From assembly GCF_037042905.1 (NCBI RefSeq), contig NC_087245.1, forward strand, positions 34,288,001 through 34,352,000: a stretch of DNA of 64,000 nt. The letters are read 5' to 3'. The notes beneath the pieces were generated by a model, which was not told where the DNA came from, made no database searches, and saw only the letters and a list, made by a program, of their open reading frames with translations. This stretch comes from Lytechinus pictus. Taxonomy: Eukaryota. Positions 22,978-37,694 of the stretch are shown here, one piece after another. How positions within the stretch are numbered: the stretch's first letter is position 1; every line of letters begins with the position of its first letter. The position numbers and the translations under genes are program-made.

Positions 22978-25184
22978 TTAATATGTTTTCGTTGTTTTTT
23001 TTTTCTTGTAAATTATTTTGTATTCTTTTGCATTGTTCACGGCCTTGCTGAGAACAGGCTTTTTAATATTGATTAAACAAATAAAATACAAAACACTTGT
23101 CATCTTAATGAACTGTGCAATCTTACATGAATTGTGTAAAATCAGAGAAAATTTGTAGTTGTTGTATGAAACCTTACAAATTTACTGTAATAAAAACCAT
23201 TTTCGCCTTTTTAAAACAGACCTGTGCTTTTGAATTGCGGAAAATAGAAATTTACAGAATGATTCTGTTATTTTTTTTCTTTAAAGTTTTTTTTCTGTAA
23301 AGCTTTCTGTTTTTAACAGTGTATGTCTCAATCGACAATTACCATAGGAATTCATGACCTTTTTAATAGCCAAAATTCAGAAGAGGCTCAAAAAGACAAA
23401 TTAAGGTCGTACAGTTACAAGAGTGTTCCTGTGAAATTCATTCAAAAGAAAAATCATAACATGTCCAATATTTAATATGCAACTAAAAATCATTACAGTT
23501 AAATTTTCATTTTACGAGAGAGTGATAAAAAAAGGTCCGGCTGAGAGGAGTATGGGACGCCATTTGTCAATGTTGTTTATTTTAGGTGACTCCTAATTAA
23601 GGTTTTATTGTGACGAGAAAGAATGTCGCAGTCCTGTCGATGTCGACGAGGTAGTCATTTACGCTGTCATTGACAAGAAACACGCAGTGATCAGGTTTCT
23701 CGCCGTTCATGACGAATGAGCAGAATTGTAGACAGGCAAGAAAAATGCAGTAGGAAAACAGAGTAATTGATGACGTACCAACACGAAGATGCTACAACAT
23801 TTTAGTGGATACTTGGGTATCGGACAAAATAGGAGAGAAGGAACGAGAGGGGGAGTGGGGACGGAGAGAGAGGGGAGGGGGAGAAAGGGAATTTCATATC
23901 AAATTATTGCAAAAAAATAGGTAGGCCTTTACACATAGGCCTATTGCAAAAAAATACATAACATTTTTAGGTTATCTAGACTGTAGTCTTTAGCATTTCC
24001 CCCTTCAATTTCTTATGTTGATTTAAACCCTTGCCTTCTTGGCTAATTTACCCATCTCCCTATCCCATTGGCTGGAACGTCAAGCGTTGTTTACAGAGAA
24101 TCTAATAAATCAACTTGACTCCAAAATACGGGTCCACTGCGACCGCCGTACTTCGCTTTGAGTTTTACATGCTTGTTAAATAACCCTGATGAAAATAAAT
24201 CACGTTTTACCATCTTTCTTCTTCCGAATCATGCCTACTTTTCCAAATTCTAAACAGAAATGCGACTAAATTGACTGTCGTATTGAGGTGAAGACAGAAA
24301 AACGAGGCACTTTCAGTCTCCGAACGTTGTTCACTCTCTTTCTTTGGATGTAAACAAACAAAGCGATCGAAACGTAGTCTAAACGGAGCGTTTCTTACAA
24401 GTGTATCCGTCAAAAGCGCACGAGTAACGACGCGCCTGTAGCCTTGCTACAATCAGACTATATTTTGAAAGAAGAAAATAGCCCTCTTTTTTAAATTATG
24501 AGCTTTATTCGATTTTCAGTCACAGATATAAGCATACGTTTCTTTAGTCGGATGTAATAATTATGCCTGCATCAATTAGGTTGGGATGAAACTATAGAAA
24601 ACAGATGAAACTTCAAAGTCTTAACGATAAAATGACATCAATATTATCTTCCTTCTTTGTAGGGGGTGGGATCAATAAATACCTAACAGGCAAGGTTAAA
24701 ACTAGTGTTATGTCAATTTCACGTGTTTAATTTTGATTTTTCTGTCTTTTTTTTATTTAGTCCAGTGAAAGCAATGAATTACACCACAAAAAGGCTTTTA
24801 AATGGCGCAAATATCATCACTCAATTATACAAAGTAAAAGCAATTTGTATATAATTTTTCGTCCTTTCTTTCGAATGTTTTCCTCTTAGATAAAGGACTT
24901 ATTTTCATTTGGCAAAACAACTACGAATATACAAAATTACGAGCTATTTATGAATAAACATCAAAGATGTTTGAAAGTAGAGACTATTATAGTTTAGAGA
25001 CGTGTGTTTGATGGCGTATTAGTCAACATTTCAAATAAACGAATAGTGAACTTTCAAGCAGGGGGCACCATGTCTCAAACCGCTGTATACATTATTAGGG
25101 ATCGCAATTCGACTTGATTTATTGCTCAAAGACGTTACCCTTCTTTGGCTTACCGTAGTTTTGAAGAAGGAAAAAAAAATTAAA

Positions 25185-25585
25185 CAGCCGATTCGTCTAT
25201 TGCCAACTCGTCCACTCATCACATGGTCTACCTTCATTTAGTCTAATGCCATTCCGTCCAACAACCATTTAGTCCAATAACCATTTGTTCCAATAATCAC
25301 TTCGTCTGATCACCAGTTTGTCTATGACCATTTCGTCTAATTACCAGTTGGTCTAATACCCATTTTCTTTTCATTCATTTCGCCCAATTAATACTTATCC
25401 AATTATACCAAACGGTTTATGGACTACATCATGGCTATTGGACCAACTGGTTACTAGACGAAATGGTGAGTGGACGAAATGGCAATAAGACCATGAGGAT
25501 AGTGGACGAACAGATGGTAGACCAAATGATAATAGACGAGTTGGCAATTAGACGATTTGGCATTAGACCAATTGGAAATCAACCG
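25185..25585. mobile_element. Palindromic MITE built from TTCGTCTA/TAGACGA subrepeats
   Basis: Left arm (ttcgtctattgccaactcgtc) is inverted relative to the right arm (gacgagttggcaattagacga); related fragment at ~42945. Confidence 0.7.
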
Positions 25586-25975
25586 AAAAAAGTGTTAGAA
25601 ATCTGTATCAATCTACATCCACTTCGCCGGGTACTGATATGGCGACGATGGCGGCGTGGTGGTGGAGATGGTGGTGGAAGTGAGTTTTATTAGCATGAAT
25701 AGCAGTATAATTATAAGTATAAGCAGCAGCAGCAGCAACAGTGGCACTTGTTGTTTTATATAATAACAGCCCTGTCGTACAGATGGGGATTAGGAGGCTG
25801 CCCCCTCCCCCCCCCCCCCAAAAAAAAAAAAGCTTCACGACGAAGAAAAAGAAGAGAAAGAGAAGAAAAGGGAAGAAAAGAAAACAAATAGTGGAATATT
25901 ATATTTTTGTGAAAAATCATATTTTCTATTTTCATAAATGCCCAAATTTCCTACATACGCAATGAAGAAAAAGCT

Positions 25976-26586
<611 letters not shown>

Positions 26587-26910
26587 CTACATTATATCAA
26601 TGGTTGAAGCAGGTTGATCCATGTACAGATGTACATGCCTACAACGTACAGGCCGACGATAAAAAGTCCTAAAACTCTCCTAAAAACTGCTATCATGTTA
26701 ACTGTAACTGTAATATACTTATATAACAAAAAAACAACTAATTTTAATAATTTAATAATTGTAATTGAAATTTCATTCGACAAGTTTCTCTTAACATTAT
26801 CTTTGTAATAAAAAATTTCTTGAAAATTTAAGAAATACAAAATACTGAAATTCCTCTCTGAAAAAAAAAGTTCAAGAAGGAAAATGTATTATTTTGTTCT
26901 CACCTAACTA

Positions 26911-28520
26911 CAGCGGCGTAACAGGGGTCGGTGGCCAGGGGGGGCAAGAGCCAAAAATTTCCCGGTCATATCATGGTATGAACAGGCGTAATGGTGTAAA
27001 GAGGCGACTATTTTGAGAAGGCCAGAATTTATCTTTAAAAAAGTTGCGAGCGAGCGAAGCGAGCGAGCAAAATTTTTGACCTTTTTAATACAAAAATCAA
27101 ATTTTGTGATATATTTTGACATAATATCCAGAGAATAATATATTTCACTCTTCTCTCTTTAGATTCCTTTTTTGTCACGGTGGTCTGTACGCCACTGTGA
27201 ACAGGATTCTTTGCGGCAGTAGCGTGAATAGTAAAAAAAAACAACAACAACAATGAGGGGCGCAGTATAGCACATGTGCTAAAAAGCTGCTTTATATATA
27301 AGTCACGAGCGAGCGAAGCGAGCGAGAAAAAATCAACTTTTCATGAGACTAACTTTGAGCTATTTTTGACATTATATTCAGTAATTAAAATCATATCCTA
27401 CAATTTTCCTTTGCTTTTCTTTCTTCCTTTTTTGTTGTTCTTGTCTGTAGAACTTTTTGGGGCCATGGCCCAACTCTTCCATACGCAGTGCTGTGCGTTT
27501 GGGGTCCGGGGCGGAGCCCCCGGAACTTCTTGATATCAAAGCCATTTAAACCTCGCAGATTTCCGCAATTTCAATCAAATCGAGGTCATATACAGAATAC
27601 AGCTTTTACACAACACATTTATTCAACCCAGTTGCGTAATGAAGCAAATATTTTGACGAGGCAAAACATAGCAATGTGGGAAAATTGTGTAAAAAGTCGC
27701 CAGCGTGCAAAGCGAGCAGGAAAAAAAATTGCATATTGAAATTAAATTCTAATTATGTGATAGATTTTTTCCATTATATTCAGCAAATAACGCATTTCAT
27801 TGTTTCCATTCATTTCATTATTCGTTGTCTCCTATAAAATTTCTTTTATTTCCTCTTGGGTGTGGAACCACGACCCCCCCCCCCTTCCCCACGCCTGTAT
27901 GCCAGTGATTGAACGTGACTGAACGGGGGGGGGGCGTTATACAGCCATTTGTAGGTTATAAATGAAGAGCCCCTACTGCGTGGGGTCTGGGGCAAAGCCC
28001 TGCGGTAGCTTATTTACATAAAATTTAGCAAGCTTATAGCACAATGTTGTATGCAGTCCATTTTTCTTCCCGCTCATTAATTTCAATCATCGGCAGTCCG
28101 GTCGTGTTATTATTTTTTTTTTCTTGTCCCTTTTATTTGTTTTCCAATTTAGTTTTTGACTAATTACATTCTACCTTCGTTTCCCGCTATTGTTTGCCCT
28201 TTTGTCATCTTTTAATTTCTTTCCCACCGTGCTATCGCATTTCATAGGCCTATTTCTCAATGATTTGTCCTTTCTCAAATGTTCTTTTGTACATTTTCCC
28301 GCTTTCATTCCTTTTCCATTAAAAAAAGTTTTTTCTTCGTTTTCTTTTCACTTTTCTCTTTCCCTTTCCCTTTCCTCCTTTTCTTTTCCCTTTCCTTCCC
28401 CTTTCCCTTTCTTTCTCCCTCCTTTTTTTTTTCTTTTTCCCGTTTTTCTTTTATTTTCCCGGTGAAATCCGCCAGGGGGGGCAACTTGCCCCCCCTGCCC
28501 CCCCGCCTGTTACGCCACTG
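26911..28520. mobile_element. Non-autonomous hAT-like element (1610 bp) with perfect 8-bp TSD CCTAACTA
   Basis: TIR CAGCGGCGTAACAGG / CCTGTTACGCCACTG; TSD at 26903-26910 and 28521-28528. Confidence 0.9.
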
Positions 28521-30534
28521 CCTAACTATTATTGCATATGGAAAATCAACTCCACTAATTTCTGAAACTCAAGCCCCGTGTCTTTAGTCACGTTTTCCAT
28601 GCAATTTATATTAATTCAGACGTGTCTTTTAAAAAAATGATTAACATTTCATTTTCTCATTCTTCTACCGCAAAGGCAGTCATTCTGTTCTTCAATGGGT
28701 CGTATGGAACACCTCATTGAGGAAAAAAACCATCAAAATAACCCTTTTTTATGTTTGGTTGCGTGTTTGTTAGACGAGGACTTCACCCTCATCTTGCTTG
28801 CTCTAATGACCCTCTCTCTTGGTAGTAGACTGATACGGAGTTCCATTCAATTCATACGTCATCAACACATTAACATCGTCGCGAATATCACTTTGAGAAA
28901 GTTTGGAAGTTGTCAGAAGTTTTCTGGGAGTTACATTAGTTCATTAACCTTTTTATTTCGCGAGCTACATTACAATGCCATACTTATGCATGGTCGTCGA
29001 AGATTTCATGATGATCATGAATAATTTATTTCGAATTCACTCCACTGTTTCATTGTTAATTACAAGTGTTTATTTGACAATGATCATGGACGATATAGGC
29101 ACGGGCGTACAGAAGGGGGATCCCCCCCCCAAAAAAAAAAGAAGATAATAATAACAATATTTTTTTAAAGAAAAGAAAAGGAAAAGGGTGAAATATGATA
29201 TCGTTTTCTAAATAAATTGTAAAAACTATCACAAAAATAAAGGCATTCGTATTAAGAGGGTCTAATTTTTTTGCTTACTCGCGATTTTTTTCTCGAAACT
29301 TTGCTCCATATACCATTCTTGTCCGCCCTGAAAATTTTCGGCTAATAACGCCCCTGGGTATATAGCCTATAGGCCTCCTGATAAAACCAAAACTAATATT
29401 TATCCTATTTGATATATAATGTGGCTGTTCATCATTAATCATTTTTCTTCGGTTTTTTTCCTTTGGTTCTTCTTAAATACCCGTCGCATTCTATCCTTGA
29501 GATTCCCAAACCCCTCTCATCCCTTATCCATCCTATCTATTCTGTCTTGTCTCCCTTCGACACCTCGCCCTTTCTCCTCTGACGATGTACGCAAGAGGAC
29601 CCGGCTGCCAACTCTGACGGGCCATACCACACAGGAGCACGGCTTTAATCGCCATCAAACTTTATTTGTAATATTTGATCGAGACTTGTCGTTTTGCAAC
29701 TTCAAATTGTCTACAATGTTGGGACTGTCGTGCGGTCGTCGAGAAATTACCGTGTTATTGAAGATGATAAAGTCACTTTATTTGTCTTAATCACGACGTC
29801 GAACAGATTCAAGCTGTTACTTTATTTTACTATAAATTACAGCGTTTTCGTTGCCACGGTAGCATACTTCTTAGTCTCCTTGCGAGATAATAGTATTTTG
29901 TTTTATCACAAATTTAATTTCAGTTTATTCCCATCTCAAAAGATACATAGAAATGAAAATGATGAAAGAATATGAATAGCTGCAATGTTAATATGACAAT
30001 GGAGAGCTTTGCAGAAATTCTGTATTTTTTTTAATTTCTCCCCTCATTGCCGTCGTAATTTTCTTCGATATGTCCACACAGAAAAGTCTGACATAACGAC
30101 TATTCCGCGAGCAACGTGTCGTGTACTCGTGTAATAGTTTGACATGTATCTGGCTAGTTCATGTCACCACCTATATACCCACAATGATTAAAACGTCATT
30201 TCAGGAGAAAAAAAACCTTTCAGACAAAAAGGGCTTTTAGAACACAGTCAAGCGCTCTCTTGTTTACAGGATTTGGCGACTGCAGTTATACGATGAGGTG
30301 ACCGAACACACCGAGATTCGGCGAGCCCCCCCCCCCCCCCTCTTCACAACTTTCCCCGATACTTCCCTTCTCCCATCCCCTCCCCTTCTCCCAACCCTCC
30401 TCCTCCTCTGCCCTCTCCCTTGTTTTACCTTCCCTCTTTACCGCCACTTCACTTCTTAGGCATACATATCTTTACCATCATTTCGGGCATGCCTCCCCAT
30501 CCCATCATTTTCTACACCCTGCCCTCTATATATA

Positions 30535-30841
30535 GGCGCGTTGTGGCCCTGTGGATAAGTCTTCGGACTTTGAAACAGGGGGGTCGAGGGTTCAAATCAC
30601 AGCCATGGCGTAGTTTCCTTCAGCAAGTAATTCATCCACATTGTGCTGCACTCAACCCAGGTGAGGTGAATGGGTACCTGGCAGGAATTTATTTCTTTAA
30701 ATGCGTGTGCGCTGTAATCTGAGTAATTACGGCTGCCAAGCTACAGCTGGGTAATAATATCCAAGTCCTTTGGAAGCGCATAGAGACATTATTCATAATG
30801 TGATATGCGCTATACAAGAACTGTATATTATTATTATTATA
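30535..30841 (+). mobile_element. Full-length tRNA-derived SINE with L2-like tail
   Basis: A-box-like TGGCCCTGTGG, B-box GGTTCAAATC, conserved central domain, 3' AAGCGC...GCGCTAT stem and (ATT)n tail. Confidence 0.88.
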
Positions 30842-33685
30842 ATTTAGGCCTTTTCCCATACAGAAAATTCAATCCTTGATTATTTCTCCTGCGCTGTCTG
30901 AGATGTACAGGTCCTGAATTCCCTCATATTATCAAGACGAAAAACGGGGTTATAACACCATGGACCTACTAGCAAATGATAACACAATCACGCACCTGTA
31001 TAACAAATGCTCTTATTTGTCCGTATATACTGAACTCTACCCAGGAGTATCGGCTAAGGGGCGCATGTGAGTCAGTACAAAGCTCATAATATATTGTGCA
31101 GGATAGCGCATAGGTTATCCCGGCAAGATTCAACATAATCATTGTCACTCGAATTAAAAGAAATATTTGAAAAAATTAAATAGTTCATATTTGTATATAT
31201 ATTTATACCGCCCATTGTTCTCATTTTGTTCTCTCGTAATAAATAAGATAATTCGGGTCCGACTTCTGATTTAAATCGTCATTATCGTTGGTATGTGTCG
31301 CTTTAAACAATCATCCCTGATAATGATCGAAAATAACCGACTCAAGACAAACAACCGTTCGATTGCTGTAGAACTGAACTCCTTCCCGCGCTTCAACTGG
31401 AATCCCTGGACCAGTTTTTTGAAGGGTATAAATGACCGTCATCACAAATCTTGGGGTCTGCATGTCAAATATTTGCAGTGGTTTTAAGAACCCGCCTCTT
31501 CAGCGAACATTTAGCATTGTCTTAATGACTCCGTAACCATTCAAGGGATACTCAAATAAACCCACTTAATATGAAGGAATTTTTTTTATACGCGATGTTC
31601 GCGGAGAATCGGCGGATGTTGGTAAAAACTGAGACGTTTGATTTTTTTTATTTCATATCTCGTTTAGGGCCTAGACTATTTCAAATAAATTGGTGCGAAT
31701 ATGAAATAATTTGATGTTTTAATAACATCTTTATTCATTCGTGTAGGTCCTACTGTTTGTAGATTTTATGACATAATTAATGATGCTTTGAATAAGAATC
31801 AGTCAATTGTCGCTGAAATGAAAGAAAAGAAACGGTTGATCTATTTTTTGAGGAATGTTATAAACAGTTCATTTATTAATTCCACACAGTAAAATATCAA
31901 TTAAAAAAGTTAAATCTTAATTCTATTTTGGACTAGTATGAATATGCCTCTGAAATAGGGTATAGATTTTCTTTTTTTAATTCATCGTTACTCTGTACTA
32001 AATTTGAAAGCTGAGCGGTATGATTTTTTTCATGTGAAACAGGCTTTTCAATCTATTTGATGACGCTATAAGTCCAGAAATATTTTCAAGTGTATACTAA
32101 TCTTGCAACTAAATACAAAGGCCGGAGAAATTAAAATAAAGATTCAAGATAAGTTCTTGTCATGTTATAATAAGCAGCCTTATATGTTTTCGGACAATAA
32201 CTTCATTATGAATATACGTTATATTGGGTTTTTATTCATAGACAATAATATTTGAAAATATATGGACAAAAGATGGGAAATTCGTCAAAATGTATCTATA
32301 TATTTCGGTTATTATTTTTCATAACTTTTTTTTTTCATATTACAGTGTCACGTCTCATTAGCATGTTAGAGCAAAATCAGTTTTCAAAGTTAAATTATAC
32401 TTAATCTAGTTCACGTCTTAGCTCATGTGACCAAACTAAATTATTGAAGATTCGACCCTTGGCCTGCAGGTGGAGAGGATGTCTATCCAAGAACCACATG
32501 ACCACTAAAAGATCCACAATGCAACAGTGACAACTGCAAAACCGACCCAGATCGACCAATTTTTTTATTATTAGTATTTTTTTATATACACTCTTAAAAT
32601 AGTTGGGCAAAAAATGCCTAACTTTTAACCAACTATGGGCAACATATACTGTCCACACAACTATTGGTTAAAATCAGCCCAAAGTGGATAATAAAACCTA
32701 ATAATTGGGTAACAAATTTGATTGCCCAGAATATATATATATTTTATTACCAACATACATTACCGAATACAGTGGACAGTATGTTGCCCAACATACATGT
32801 ACGTTATTTCTAATGACTTGCAATCGTTGGTTTAGGAATGGTTTCGTTTGGTCTGGCTCTGTATAATAATGTTAATACATATAGAAATATTAATCCTCTC
32901 TATAATTTAGCAAGTTTCTGTTCTGAGCCAAACCCAGGGTCTCCAGAATCGGTGGCAATTCCGGTGTATAACACCCCAAATCTCTACATCGATTCGTCGC
33001 CAGCTTCCAAAGAGGAGAGGTATTTTACGAGCGGTTTATGAGGAAGGTACTCCTGGATTTAATGATTGTTTGAACAGGATTCTAAACAAGCTATGAACTA
33101 TATTTTACAAGGATATGCCATGTATTTACATGAGGAAGTTTATTTCACGTATAAACGTGGTATTATACTACCACGTTGACTTGTAAGAGGCAGAACTGGG
33201 ATTACGTTATATGGTTCTTTGCATCGGAATGGGGGGGGGGGGGTGAGGGGAGCATGTTAAGTGCCGGACTTCGGTGTAGAAGAAATTAAGAAGGTACAAA
33301 CCTTCAGATTGGTATCAAAGATCAATAAAAGGAGAAACACACCAAATGAATAAAATATAGGGACATCCCGGTCAAAACGACGATCAGAATATATTGCTTT
33401 TATTCTTACTGATTGCATTTATTAGCACTCTTGTCTTTGCACCGTTAATAATGCCATACCGGAAGCACATTTACATTACACCTTTCGGTTTAAAAGGTGT
33501 AAAGTTTCCAGGCGCCTACCATGACTATAATGGTGCTACAAGACCGAGGTGCAAATATGCACCTGTAAAAGGGTGCTTAGAGATAAAGGAAATACAAAAC
33601 AACAATAAGGAAATAGCGGATGAGGGGAAGAGGGAGGAGAAGGAGGAAGAGAATACATAACACGTATAACTAAGAAGAATTATAT

Positions 33686-33762
33686 AATAACATCGTAGTT
33701 CTTGTATAGCGCATATCACATTATGTCATAACGTCCCTATGCGCTTCAAAAGGACTTGGATA
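33686..33762 (-). mobile_element. 3' tail fragment of the same SINE family
   Basis: Reverse complement of ATATCCAAGTCCTTT.GAAGCGCATAG.GAC...GTGATATGCGCTATACAAGAACT. Confidence 0.8.
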
Positions 33763-36014
33763 TGAATTGAAGGAAGGGCTTACAAAAATTATTATCAACG
33801 AGAAAAAATTAAACGAATTAACTTCTCATAATGGTCGCGAGACATCTCATGAAAGACTTTGTCACGAACAATCTTCAGGAAATTAGATAGAAGTGACAAG
33901 AAAGGATCCAATGCCACAATCATGACCACCCCATATTCATGCTATTTTAAATTAAAAAAATCGAAAGAAAACGGCGAAACTGTGCATTCAACGACAACCA
34001 ATATTGCTCTGACAAGCCTCTGCAAATATTTTTTATTCTTGTCTTTGAAATCTATTTTCATATGTTTTTCTCATCATCTTAACGTAGAATAATAAGTTGT
34101 GTGCAACCATTAGTCACCGTCAAGAGAAGTGGGTATATATTTATCTAACTAAAATAATGCGGCGCTCATCAAAAAGGTTTTACGGGTTGTCATCTAAAAA
34201 CAACCCCTTTATTCTAAAATTTGTCCAAGTTTATTCATTAATCTCTAGCTAATCCCTTGTCCATGTACAATCATAAATACCCTTTTAATCTCTTGTAACT
34301 GTACAGGATCGTTTACACGAGATGACAAAGCTTACAAAGGCTAGCTAAGAGTCCGCTCGCGAGCCCTTTCATAATAAGACAATTCATTGATTCATAAGAA
34401 TTGATTTTTCAGCAGTTCGCGCCCGAGTGTTTTTTCTTTGTAGTGCAGTGATTATTCCCCGGCTCAAGTGCGGCGACAAACATCGTGGGATATTTGCTCT
34501 GGGAACTCGATACTCTGACTCTAAAGAAACAAACCAATTTCAAGATCAAATCTAGCCAAAAAATAAAAGAAAAAATGATGGGAAGTGGGAGAAGTGGATG
34601 CAAGAATGGTGCCAGTATCGAGGACTACAAAGCCCGCCGCCCATGTACGGGTACACGTGCCGAGATTTCTGTTTGAGTTCGTGCGCTTTTGTACGCCGCT
34701 AAAACAAAAACTTATTTCAAGTTCTCGAACTTTATTTCAAATACTGATAAATATGTAAAAGCAATTTATCAATTTTAATGGCTTCTGCAATTGGCGAATG
34801 GAATATTTTAATCCCAATTTATTATCGCTTGAAGCATTCCATGTTGTTACATCTAATAATTTCGTACATTATTACAACAACGCTGAACGCGAACCAAGAG
34901 CAGAACTATTATCAAACAATTTCATGTCTGCAAACTGCATAAAACAAAAGATAATAATAATGCGATTAGCATTCGCAGACAGGCTATCATAGCCTTATCA
35001 CAATAACTTCAAATGGCAATAAAATCAGAGTACGATTTAGCAGTATGATAAATTGTGATAAAATAGATGATAGTCAACATTTTATCTTGTTAACCGTTTA
35101 CTGCTAATTTAATGGTATTAGCGTTGATAAGGTATAGCAGCGCGCTGACAGATTGGTTTAAAAATGGCTTTACACATAGAGCCATGTGACATATTATTTT
35201 ATAGTTTACTCTCGTTTAAACTATGAAATCTTTCTCTTAGCATATAAGGATTTGGTCATTCACGGATTTGACCATTTCCTGATTTTCGTCAGATCCATTT
35301 CCCTTTAACCTGTAAGAAAATGGGAGGATCTATATGCAGCAGGTCGTTGTTTCATGTGATCAAAGTAAGACCATGTAGCTTCTCCCAAATACATTTGAAA
35401 TATTATTACCGTATAACCAATATTATTTTCATACAAAGGTATACATATTTACTTAATATCCAAGTGATATCAGTTGGCATTTATTAGAGCAGTCGAATGA
35501 GTAAATAATTCCTAAACGTCGATGGAAAACTATAATGCTAAAAAAAATACAGTATTAAAAATCCCACATACATGATATCAATTGCCAAGGTCTGAAAATA
35601 TGTTTAAAATGTTAGATTACATGTAACATTCTATTTTTTTTCCATGGGGAAGAGAATAAGCTATTAACAGGTTATCACGCTAAATCCAGTTAACATCGTG
35701 TTGAATATACCTTATTAAAAGTATCACTCGAACATTTTGAAAATGTGGAAATCTTCTAGGCCTTTTTGAATGGAGATTGAACAGGTTTCACACGCGCCGC
35801 ATTTCCATGATGATAAAATGATTTGTTCATCTTGAATAGCATTTGCATGATATCTTCAATTCGAATAAATTAATTTTCATATTTTTTCAAGACAAACTTA
35901 GTTTATTGGCGAGACAAACATAACAACGTATGTCCAATAGATCTAAATTAATTGTTTTTCGCTTTTCACCTTTATTGCCATGGTATCAATGGGGGTTCAA
36001 CTTCTTACAACAAC

Positions 36015-36610
36015 TTTAAGGACAAGATCACCACAAAAAAAACTTGAACTACATTTGAATAAAAGAGAAATTCCAACAAGCATAACAGTGAAATTTTCAT
36101 CAAAATCGGATGTGAAATAATAAAGTTATGACATTTTAAAGTTTCGGTTAATTTCACAAAAACAGTTATATGCACATCCTGGCCGGTATGCAAATGAGGG
36201 ACCTGATGACATCCACTCACTATTTCTTTGTATTTTATTATATGATATATGAAATATTCTAATTTTTTCCTCATTCTCTGTGAAATAAAGTTTTCTTCTT
36301 CCCTGAACACGCGGAATTACCATTGTTTTAACATTTTATGGTTAGTCAAGTTGGTCCTTATTGTCAGATCTGTAAAAAAAACTAAATACTGTATAATTCA
36401 AATGATAAAAAAGAAGAAATAGTGAGTGAGGAACACCATCGATTCTGTCATTTGCATGTCACTGAGTTGTGCAAATAACTGTTTTGTGAAAAATAAGCGA
36501 TACATTACAATATCATTACTTTCTCATTTTCTATCCGATTTTGATGAAATTTAATTTTTGTTTGATTTTTCTCTATTTATTCAAATCAACATTTTTCTTG
36601 GGTGGACCAG
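36015..36610. mobile_element. Degraded Kolobok-like MITE
   Basis: TTAAGGACAAGATCACC left end; inverted ttcatcaaaatcgga / tccgattttgatgaa arms. Confidence 0.7.
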
Positions 36611-37694
36611 GGACGTGAGAGATAGATAATTCCCTTTAAAACTAAAAAAATCAATGACAAGTTATGAGAAAACGAGAAGGACTTAAAAATATCAGCGTAT
36701 TTACTACTTTGTGGTGGATATTAATTGAAATCTTGAAAATGTGAATATTTACTGAACCCCTCCCCTAAAAAAACATACAATACTAATCAGTAAAATCTTT
36801 CAATGAAATTAGAAACTGGAAGAACCTCGTGGTAGTTTTTCTCAGTCCGACAAAAAGGCTTGGAATTATGTATGGTGGTATATAAAAATCGGGTTGCCCC
36901 TTTCCATCGTTTGAAAAGTGATACCTTTCCCATTGCCATGGTAACCGATAAGGCATACTTGGCGAGCATCCCGTGTTTTCAGTTCCACTAGTCATAATAC
37001 CAACTCAACTATCTTCTTGGAGGAAGAGAAGAAGTGTATATATATGAAAACAAAACGATTTTCGCTCTCCAGTTTCATTCTTTATTATCATGATTATAAA
37101 GCTCAACACGAGACGTGTATCACTGGAAGAGGGCATAGAAGGGCGAGAGAATAGGGGAAGAGAAAAAGAGAAGAGTGACAGACGGACTGGGCAAAGTGTG
37201 AGGAGATAATAAAAAAAATATATTATATACAGTAGTTGATTTAGGAGAAACGGTGAAAATTCAGGTGAAAGCAAAGAAAAATGAACAAGGACAATTTATG
37301 TTCATAATCAGGTTTCATAATCAGGTTTATCAGACAATGACATGGTAGTGAAATATGGTGAAACCTGAAAAGAGATATTTGAAGAACACGTCGTTCCCTC
37401 AAGAGTACCGAAACTTCTTCATTTTCAACTAAATTCTAGTATGAAAGAGTGCATTATCATCTGATGCCCGAAATTATTAAAAATTTCCACAAAATTCTAA
37501 AAAATTGTAATATAAAAAATAATAATATTAATTAATTTTCTGTTCGTCTCTGTATCATATACTTACAGATTTATTCAAGACACATTTTAACAAAATGTAA
37601 TTTTTGCTTCATTATGTTGTCTTTTCACTCTTTTTAAAACGCGTATTATTCTTATAATAAATTTTTAGAATTCCCTCCTAACTTCTGTCGAGTT

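Noticed and set aside
30535..30610. tRNA gene
   Set aside because: It continues into a SINE body and tail and lacks a proper acceptor stem, so it is a SINE head.
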